Positions 25,901-32,000 of a DNA stretch of 32,000 nt are shown here, piece by piece. The translations under genes and the position numbers were made by a program. The DNA comes from Acaryochloris marina MBIC11017. Its GTDB lineage: Bacteria; Cyanobacteriota; Cyanobacteriia; Thermosynechococcales; Thermosynechococcaceae. Position 1 is the stretch's first letter. Each line of letters begins with the position of its first letter. The stretch is taken from NCBI RefSeq assembly GCF_000018105.1, contig NC_009933.1:30001-62000 (forward strand), given 5' to 3'. The notes under the pieces were generated by a model, which worked only from the letters and a program-made list of their open reading frames with translations, made no database searches and was not told the origin of the DNA.

Positions 25901-26810
25901 GGGCTTCTGCTAGATCAGTTTGCTGGGCTAGCAGGTTTGGGTCTATCCCCACGGTCAGCCAGTAAATCCCATCCGGGAAGGCTGCTTGGGCTTGGGGGTC
26001 ATAGGCTAGGGCTGCGGCTAACACCGATTTGCCAATACCGCCCATGCCCTGGACACCAATGCGTTGCTGGTGCCCCGTCATTACTACGGGCTGGGCTAGA
26101 TTGTTGAGGACTTTCTCTCTCAGGGCTTTTAGGGTCTGAGGACGAGGTAAAAAGTAGGGGGGTAACTCTGGCACTCTCCAGAGTTTTTCAGGAGGGTGTT
26201 GTTCTGAAAAGGGTTGGATGGGTTCGGTATGAATACTGGATTTCTGGACTAAGACTGGGGTGTGGGATTCAGGGAAGCCCTCGATTTGAATGGCACTGAA
26301 TCCTAATTTAAAAGCAAATTCAATGTCTCGGCCTGCACCCAAAGCATCGTAGAAACCCACGGCAAAGGCCAGGGCCGCTTCATTGCTGATGGCTTGCTGC
26401 ATACCCACCACATAGTCAATATGTTGAGCAATGGCTTGAGCTTGCGCCTGGGTATAACACCCATTCAGAATTACGCAGTGGATATCTTCAGCAAACAGAG
26501 CAAACAGTCCGGCTAGGGCTGCACCTGTGACGAGTTGGGAGTTGCCTGCTTGATCTTCAAAGACGAGTCCTGCTTCTCTTTTGCCACTGCCAGCAAAGTG
26601 AATAATCTGAGGCGTTTCATCCAGTAAGGCCCGTTGAATATCTCTTACCCTTACAGCCAGGGAGGATTTGAGTTTGAATTGTTTTCGATGCTTTGACCGC
26701 TGTATCCCGTCTTCAATATCGCGTAATTCTTGGGCTGCTTGGCGCAATCCATCTGGGTTGCTGGCAAGGAATAGAATGGTTTGCTGTTCTGGTGGATTCT
26801 GACTCGTCAT
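22929..26810 (-). CDS. NLR-type STAND protein: CHAT-like domain - NB-ARC NTPase - helical domain - 14 WD40 repeats
   Basis: The N-terminal domain is paralogous to that of 21697..22794. NB-ARC motifs are GMGGIGKS, LLILDDVW, VVTTRD and GNLPLAL. There are 13 near-identical 42-aa WD40 units plus one divergent unit, enough for two 7-bladed propellers. Confidence 0.9.
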   Translation of the reverse strand: MTSQNPPEQQTILFLASNPDGLRQAAQELRDIEDGIQRSKHRKQFKLKSSLAVRVRDIQRALLDETPQIIHFAGSGKREAGLVFEDQAGNSQLVTGAALAGLFALFAEDIHCVILNGCYTQAQAQAIAQHIDYVVGMQQAISNEAALAFAVGFYDALGAGRDIEFAFKLGFSAIQIEGFPESHTPVLVQKSSIHTEPIQPFSEQHPPEKLWRVPELPPYFLPRPQTLKALREKVLNNLAQPVVMTGHQQRIGVQGMGGIGKSVLAAALAYDPQAQAAFPDGIYWLTVGIDPNLLAQQTDLAEALCGERQVFEDINEGKNRLQILWQGRQSLLILDDVWRIADAEVFNVLGHQSTLVVTTRDSGLITRLGATDFSLSVLNDDQALELLAAWVGVPISDLPSQAQAVAKECGNLPLALAQCGAMVRDLTPWPHVLSALQDSDLEFIQEQFSHYPYPDVFKALHISATVLAETNPIAAERYQELAVFPADELIPEAVIVRLWQYTGALKERDAGKILTTLSRKGMLRLEGDYPQRQVSLHDLQQDYLQAQRANKGALHQQLLEAYQQSCLEGWHKGPKDGYFYEHLAHHLKQAERTDELRQLLLDYRWMQRKLRITDINALLLDYETLPKDKDLNIVQSGLRLSSHVLNQHPEQLRSQLYGRLLSQDSPDVTALTQSLAQGPEECWIRCLFPHLNQAGGALVRTLSGHTSNVRGVSISPDGQTVVSASYDHTLKVWDLATGEEQRTLTGHTSPVEGVSISPDGQTVVSGSLDNTLKVWDLATGEEQRTLTGHTSPVEGVSISPDGQTVVSGSWDKTLKVWDLATGEEQRTLTGHTNSVYGVSISPDGQTVVSGSLDNTLKVWDLATGQEQRTLTGHTSPVEGVSISPDGQTVVSASYDHTLKVWDLATGEEQHTLTGHTDSVTGVSISPDGQTVVSASYDHTLKVWDLATGEEQRTLTGHTSTVTGVSISPDGQTVVSASWGKTLKVWDLATGEEQRTLTGHTNSVYGVSISPDGQTVVSGSSDKTLKVWDLATGEEQRTLTGHTNSVYGVSISPDGQTVVSGSLDKTLKVWDLATGEEQRTLTGHTSPVEGVSISPDGQTVVSGSWDKTLKVWDLATGEEQRTLTGHTNSVYGVSISPDGQTVVSGSSDKTLKVWDLATGEEQRTLTGHTVSVRSVSISPDGQTVVSGFWDKTLKVWDLATGEEQHTLTGHTDSVTGVSISPDGQTVVSGSWDKTLKVWDLATGMEVMSFTGEGGFQCCEIALDGRTIIAGDAGGQLYFLRLEGPSFSGGGEVIS
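23070..24707 (-). repeat. 13 tandem 126-bp WD40-encoding units, near-identical at nucleotide level
   Basis: The unit is LTGHT[SNDV][PSTN]V[EYTR][GS]VSISPDGQTVVS[GA][SF][LWYS][DG][NKH]TLKVWDLATG[EQ]EQ[RH]T. The rest of each unit is almost invariant. Confidence 0.9.
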
Positions 26811-27124
26811 TCAGCGTTAATCTAAGGGATATTTTGGTGTCTTTTTTCCATTGGGTTGAGCGTTTAAAACTGACAGCCTGCGATAGATTGCTAATGACGA
26901 TGGAGACGTTATTTTGAAATTTAATTTAATCGCATCTAAAATTATCGGCACTTTTGATATGCTTTACGCAATTATTAAGGATATTTCTGTAATCTAGGAC
27001 GTTGGTGGGGATGGAAATAATTGCCTTTTTAAGGGCTTTTTAATGGCTCACAGATTTGATTGAGTCCTATCAGCCCCTCGATTTTGATGATCTATCACGA
27101 GTTTTGATCTAAAAAGAACGAACC

Positions 27125-27652
27125 ATGCCACTGCCCCCGAACCCAATCTGTCTTCAATGCATCGACTATTCCCGAGGGGAAGCAAAGCGGATTCATGGGC
27201 CGCAAGGGGATGGTTGCTGGACGGATAATCGGTGCGATCGCAAACGACATCACTACCGCTACCGCAAGGAAAGCAATGCTAAGCGCCGAGGAGAATACGC
27301 TAGTCAGAAAGCAATAACAACCTCAACAGAAACGACTGAAACCTTCTCGATTCCCGTCCAAACCCCAGCCGTGGCGTTGCTCTATCTCTACAAAGATAAG
27401 CCCAAGGATGCCCATCTCCATGCTCTGGCTGTCAGTGTCTGGCAGGGGAGTGAGAAGTTAGCGGAAATTGAGGCCGTCCACTGCATGGGCATGACCAATA
27501 CTCAGGTGAATCGGTATTTGAAAGAGGTGCTGAGGGTACTAAAAGTAAGGTACGGCATCACAGAGTTTGAGCCGCCGATTCGCATGGAGCCTTCTGAGTG
27601 CGAAATTGCTGACTGTCCCCTGAAGGATAAGCGCCATGTTCAAACAGCTTGA
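27125..27652 (+). CDS. hypothetical protein with N-terminal Cys-rich (zinc-ribbon-like) segment
   Basis: 175-aa ATG ORF. It has CLQC-x19-C-x6-C followed by a basic stretch. Its 3' end overlaps the next ORF by 17 nt. Confidence 0.6.
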   Translation: MPLPPNPICLQCIDYSRGEAKRIHGPQGDGCWTDNRCDRKRHHYRYRKESNAKRRGEYASQKAITTSTETTETFSIPVQTPAVALLYLYKDKPKDAHLHALAVSVWQGSEKLAEIEAVHCMGMTNTQVNRYLKEVLRVLKVRYGITEFEPPIRMEPSECEIADCPLKDKRHVQTA

Positions 27653-28280
27653 GCTAGATTTTGCTAGTGCTTTGGCTTCTGCTTTAAATGAACCGGAGCA
27701 GGCTGATATTTCTCTGATGTGTGCATCGTTGGATCAACATTTACAGGGTCGTTCTCCTCATGAACAGCTTCGAGTAGCTGGGGATGCGATCAAGGATATG
27801 GCTGAGGTTTGTCTTCAACGGGCAGAGCTAATGATCCAGGGTTGGGAAGAACGATACAACTCTGAAGGTCCAGTGCTGGATGAGGATTTTTTAGCTGGGA
27901 TGGTGCAGCAGACCATGTTTTTGGATATCTCTGATCTTTGTCGTCAGCCGAAATCACGGAAAAGTCGCCAGGGGTTCACGGGGGAGCCTGTTGAGTCAGT
28001 TGTGGGTGATGTTAGCAAGGAATCAGTGCTGGAGTTTGTGGATGAACTGGAGAGTGGGAAGGAAGTGGCACTGAAGGTCAGTCACGTCGATGATGTTGGA
28101 GCATGGGTGAATGCGATCGCACAGTATTTGGAGAGGGCTTCGGAGGCGTTGTCGTTTGCGGAATTGGTGAAGGGGCTGGGGATGCCTACTGTTGTTGTGC
28201 TGATCGGGGTGCTTTTAGGGGGCTTTCAGATCGAGCAAACCAGAGATTTTTATGGGAGTAGCATTTGGATTAAAATTTGA
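27636..28280 (+). CDS. acidic hypothetical protein
   Basis: 214-aa ATG ORF that overlaps the previous stop, suggesting translational coupling and an operon. No confident domain. Confidence 0.6.
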   Translation: MFKQLELDFASALASALNEPEQADISLMCASLDQHLQGRSPHEQLRVAGDAIKDMAEVCLQRAELMIQGWEERYNSEGPVLDEDFLAGMVQQTMFLDISDLCRQPKSRKSRQGFTGEPVESVVGDVSKESVLEFVDELESGKEVALKVSHVDDVGAWVNAIAQYLERASEALSFAELVKGLGMPTVVVLIGVLLGGFQIEQTRDFYGSSIWIKI

Positions 28281-28349
28281 AATTTTTGAAAATGCAAGTG
28301 GGTCAAGACAAAGCAAGTTGGGACTGGTCGTATGGATGCATTCAAATAT

Positions 28350-31300
28350 TTAGGCTGCTGCTGGAGGGCGCAGGGCAATTAATTCTGATGCTCTTTTCTT
28401 ACCCAAGATGCTGGAAAGTTGGAGTTCTGAACAAGTCCAAACATCCTGACTTGACTTAACACCATTGTTTAAGAGGGCAAGATATTCACCACGGTACAGA
28501 CGCAAAGGAACCGACAGAAGCCCAAGAGCCTCTGTTGGGAGACCTACCTCAAGCTGCTGCTGCATTCTGTCTACCTCCTCATCAGAAGGATTATTCCCAA
28601 TATGTATCAGAGCAGCTAGCTGATGTGCTGAGCGTAAATAAAGCCGAGTTGCATCGGCAAATTTTTGGATATCACCATACCCAATTTTTCCTTGATATGG
28701 ATTAGGGGTATATAGCCGTTCTATCTCCTCGATGGCTACTCCATGCACCCAGTCCCAAAGCAATGAAGCACGTTTACACCTTGCAAAATAGTCAAGCTCT
28801 CCTTGTGCTAGGTGTTGCAGAAGTCTAACAACTTCAGTTCCATAGCGCTCTGAAGCTTGTTGAGGGCGGATAGATTCACTTCTGCCTTTCTTCATCATTG
28901 GAGTATAGCCACCATCTGACTCTGGAAGCTGCTGCAGAAGAGCGACCAATGTAATTACAGATAAATCATCAGTTTGAATACTACGCACTAAGCGGATTAG
29001 GCGCATGGCTGAGTCAAACGACAGAGCAGACTCACCAACGGCCCGACCGAGAAGAGTCAACTGAATATAAACATCCTCTTCTTCGATCAAGTCCTGTTCC
29101 ATCATTAACTCAATCAGTTCCTCCAGATGTTGTTTCATACGATCTCGCCAACTGGGATCTGAACGATTGGCAAGATACCCTCCATAGGTATTGGAAAGAA
29201 CAGCCACAATCTCAGCTCTTTGAACTCTCTCCATCTGTGCTAGCAATCTGACAAGCCACGTCTTTAGACTTTGTGAATCTAACGAAGATCGGATAGGCTC
29301 CAACTGCCCTTGAACGTATTGCCGGAACAAGCTCTGCCTTTCGTAGCTGTTGTCAGCCAGTAGAATGGCTTGCCCTCGTGAATTACTTGTATGTCCCGGT
29401 CTACCAGCACGCCCTGCCATATTCTTGTATTCAGCCACAGTGAATTGTCGTCCATCTTGGCCAACGAATTCATGTTCAGCCAATATTACAGTTGAGGCAG
29501 GGGTATTAATCCCTGCTGCAACAGTTGTTGTGGCCGATAGTACTCTGACCTGTCCATCTAGACTTCTGAAAGCTTGCTCAACGACTTCTTTCTCTTCCCG
29601 TGTCAAGTTGCGATTATGAAATGCAGTGCCCCCATGTAGGCATTCCCGGAGAGCTTGAGACGTTGTAGGAAGGTCATATTGGGGTAGGACTGAGATCGCT
29701 TCGGTTGCAGGAGACAACCCTAACTCTTTCGCCAGATAATTGGCACATCCTTGTGCTGGCCCTTTCTGATTACGAAAAACAATAACGTTCTCTCCCTGCT
29801 GCACTAACTTCTGGACCAATGGCACGATGACATCTTGACTACTCGCTTTTTTTCTTCTGACCTGTATTTCACTGGGAGAGAGAAGCTGAGTGACCTGCTC
29901 ATTTCCATCGGTATCAACAAACTGGAATATACCTGACCGATCTAGGGCACCCTCAACCAGCGGTACTGGCCGCTCTTGAGAAATTAATTTGTCACAGTCT
30001 AGCCATTCATCAAAATGGTTAACATCACCCACTACTGCAGAAAGAGTGATGAGCTGTATCTGAAAACCTCGCTGCTTGGCAGATAGAAGATATGTGAGCA
30101 GAAGTTCCACGCTTATTCCACGAGTTGGATCCGTTATAAACTGAGCCTCATCAAGGACGACTAGACCAAGCTGATTAAGCACCCCAGTATTGCTCACAAC
30201 CAAGTTCAGAAACATTTCGTAAGTCAGTAAGGCTAAATCGTATTTGCCTCGAACAAAGAGATCGGTTTGATCTACATAATCACCACAGCAGCGGATAACC
30301 CGCATTCCGAGGCCATCACCATACACTTGAGAGAACTGCTCATATTTTTCATTTGTGAGCGCTCGGTATGGAAGTAAAAATACAGCCTTACGGCCTTCGC
30401 ATATTGCCTGGATTGCAGCCAGCTCACCCACAAATGTTTTCCCCGAACCAGTGGGTGCGATCGCTAATAGTGATGAACCATCAAGAATTCGATAATCATT
30501 GATCGCTTGAAGCTGGAGGTCATTCAGGGTGGGAAACTGCTTGGCCCACTGGTTCAAGATTGTTAGGGGAAGGCCAAACCCGGCTAATTCTTGAATATCA
30601 GCATCTACTCTTAACCCCCCTTTTTGAGGGAACTTAGTATAGAAATGCGGCCCCGGTTTAATGGGTGGAAGAACCAGCCCTCCAGTAACATGGCCAAAGA
30701 GGACCGGAGTTTGCGCGATTCTCATCTTAATCGCAACGCTTCTGGCCTTCTCAACGACCTGGGCACTCATTTCTACTAAATCAATGGTCGGGGATGTTGT
30801 TTCTATGAACGTATCAATCAATGCCTTGGTGAGTAACCCATGCCCTTCACCAGGAACCTCATAAGCCTCTTCACTCTCCCTAGATGCCGCAAGTAATATT
30901 CTTCCCTCTCCAGCCAAGGTAGAAACGGACATGCTGATGCTCCTTGATACTGGGATATCTCCTAAAACTTTTGCTGGTGCCCCTCCACTAAAACAACAGT
31001 CAAGGATAAACAGCACTGCTTTAGCTTGAGTTTCCCGAAAATAGTGTGCTAGCTCCTCCATCGGGATTGTGGTGTCTGCTGGATCAGTGCGGCTCGTGTC
31101 ATGAGCCACGATTTGATGATTGGAAGTACCATGCCCCGAGAAAGAAAGGATCACGGTATCGTCTGAAGTTGCCGCTCCCAAAGTGGACTGCAGCAGTTGA
31201 CGAATTCCATGTAAAGAAGCGTCCTTATCGGTGATGAGTTTTGCTTGAATGTCAGGGATGGAGTCACTGAACAAGGCCCACAGTGCCTCAGCATCTCGTC

Positions 31301-31373
31301 TAGCACCTGTCAATTCAGGAATTGTGATGTCTGCGAAGCGATCTACACCGATAAATCCAGCCAGAAGAGCCAT
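28350..31373 (-). CDS. caspase (peptidase C14-like) domain fused to a Ski2/Hel308-like superfamily-2 helicase
   Basis: The N-terminal ~230 aa has ILSFSGHG (His) and FILDCCFSGG (Cys), the caspase dyad. Helicase motifs follow: I APTGSGKT, Ia LPYRALT, II VVLDEAQ, III LSAV, V ATTTVAAGINTP and VI YKNMAGRAGRPG. The C-terminus looks like a winged-helix/ratchet region (..IQLTLLGRAVGESALSFDSA..). Confidence 0.9.
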   Translation of the reverse strand: MALLAGFIGVDRFADITIPELTGARRDAEALWALFSDSIPDIQAKLITDKDASLHGIRQLLQSTLGAATSDDTVILSFSGHGTSNHQIVAHDTSRTDPADTTIPMEELAHYFRETQAKAVLFILDCCFSGGAPAKVLGDIPVSRSISMSVSTLAGEGRILLAASRESEEAYEVPGEGHGLLTKALIDTFIETTSPTIDLVEMSAQVVEKARSVAIKMRIAQTPVLFGHVTGGLVLPPIKPGPHFYTKFPQKGGLRVDADIQELAGFGLPLTILNQWAKQFPTLNDLQLQAINDYRILDGSSLLAIAPTGSGKTFVGELAAIQAICEGRKAVFLLPYRALTNEKYEQFSQVYGDGLGMRVIRCCGDYVDQTDLFVRGKYDLALLTYEMFLNLVVSNTGVLNQLGLVVLDEAQFITDPTRGISVELLLTYLLSAKQRGFQIQLITLSAVVGDVNHFDEWLDCDKLISQERPVPLVEGALDRSGIFQFVDTDGNEQVTQLLSPSEIQVRRKKASSQDVIVPLVQKLVQQGENVIVFRNQKGPAQGCANYLAKELGLSPATEAISVLPQYDLPTTSQALRECLHGGTAFHNRNLTREEKEVVEQAFRSLDGQVRVLSATTTVAAGINTPASTVILAEHEFVGQDGRQFTVAEYKNMAGRAGRPGHTSNSRGQAILLADNSYERQSLFRQYVQGQLEPIRSSLDSQSLKTWLVRLLAQMERVQRAEIVAVLSNTYGGYLANRSDPSWRDRMKQHLEELIELMMEQDLIEEEDVYIQLTLLGRAVGESALSFDSAMRLIRLVRSIQTDDLSVITLVALLQQLPESDGGYTPMMKKGRSESIRPQQASERYGTEVVRLLQHLAQGELDYFARCKRASLLWDWVHGVAIEEIERLYTPNPYQGKIGYGDIQKFADATRLYLRSAHQLAALIHIGNNPSDEEVDRMQQQLEVGLPTEALGLLSVPLRLYRGEYLALLNNGVKSSQDVWTCSELQLSSILGKKRASELIALRPPAAA

Positions 31374-31804
31374 TTTGATGAACCAAGCAATGCGAACCTA
31401 TATATAGTAGTCAAAAATAATTTATTCTGCCTTCAAACACTATATATGGACTAAATAATTCTTGCTATCATCAAATCTGTCTCCTGTGACTAACTCCGGC
31501 ATAGCTCGCCGGAAACTCAGATTGATGGGAAATGGCAATCAGTATTTTTTTGCTTTTGATTCGAGCTGACACAGGCAAAGCCGGAATAACAGTCTGACTA
31601 TGGGTACCATATACCTGAAGTAACCCACTATTCTTTAATGCCCAGCCTTACCAAAGTCGCTGAACTCACTGAGATCGCAACCTCAACCCTTGGTGAGTTC
31701 GCAACTGTGAAGTCATGATTATGCAGCAAAATCAATGATGGAAACGTAACAGATATGCCTGCTTATGCTGCAACTCCGAGGGCAGTCATCACCGTGGGTT
31801 GCCA

Positions 31805-32000
31805 TTATTGTGAAGATACATATTTCATCCAAGCCTGAAGCAGTTCATCTTCAGATATACCTCTGAGTTGATCTGTGTGTTCCAGCATTGCAGCAATAGC
31901 AACCCGAATTAGTGTATTTTCTGTAATCCTCTCCCCAGAGTTTTTTCTGGCCCTATTGAGCTGCCTTGCAAGCATTGTCAATTGATCTAAGTGCTCTTGA
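31805..32000 (-). CDS. 3' end of an ORF running off the window (hypothetical)
   Basis: The - strand is open from the window edge to TAA (31805-31807) and encodes ...QEHLDQLTMLARQLNRARKNSGERITENTLIRVAIAAMLEHTDQLRGISEDELLQAWMKYVSSQ*. It is not in the ORF track because its start lies outside the window. No family assigned. Confidence 0.35.
   Translation of the reverse strand, partial: QEHLDQLTMLARQLNRARKNSGERITENTLIRVAIAAMLEHTDQLRGISEDELLQAWMKYVSSQ

Noticed and set aside
28150-28280. Possible kleisin/ScpA-like winged-helix C-terminus in the 27636..28280 protein (LSFAELVKGLGMPTVVVLIGVLLGGFQIEQTRDFYGSSIWI)
   Set aside because: The resemblance covers only ~40 residues. There is no SMC partner in the window and the N-terminus does not look kleisin-like. 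I kept it as hypothetical.
28277-28459. ORF 28277..28459 (+), and + strand ORFs inside 29350..31454
   Set aside because: They are antisense to the caspase-helicase gene or fall in its promoter region. They are short and have no motifs.

Overview
The window looks like cyanobacterial accessory DNA: it has eight copies of the HIP1 octamer GCGATCGC and WD40/TPR/CHAT-rich gene content. Base composition is visibly mosaic. 1-4.6 kb (+ strand) is a plasmid/phage-like module: a DUF6876-like protein, a PP-loop PAPS-reductase-like enzyme, and a DUF4326-like gene translationally coupled to an HNH nuclease. A 300-bp MITE interrupts it. 4.9-9.6 kb holds an AT-rich insert (a secreted Arg-rich mini-protein and two membrane proteins, one CDF-like). 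The insert sits between an intact Cas4-like PD-(D/E)XK nuclease gene and a decayed copy of that gene's 3' end. A second, 299/300-identical MITE copy lies at 10.0 kb. 10.5-15 kb holds a protein with an MshEN-like segment, a decayed integrase fragment, a REC-GGDEF diguanylate cyclase and an intact tyrosine recombinase. A ~56-bp repeat lies 3' of both recombinase (pseudo)genes. 15.2-19.3 kb holds an exported 7-blade WD40 protein, a ferric-reductase-like membrane protein and a vanadium-haloperoxidase-like enzyme. 19.5-31.4 kb is the most interesting part, a conflict/defence-type island whose three caspase-fold genes are all on the - strand. (i) An NB-ARC-TPR ORF with no usable start is joined in the -1 frame to a CHAT-TIR ORF at an A_AAA_AAG heptamer next to the stop. 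(ii) A 1293-aa CHAT-like-NB-ARC-WD40 NLR-type protein carries 13 near-identical 126-bp repeats with a few hypervariable codons. (iii) A 1007-aa protein fuses a caspase domain to a Hel308/Ski2-like helicase. I recognised no rRNA, tRNA or CRISPR array. All family names come from motif recognition by eye, not from database searches.
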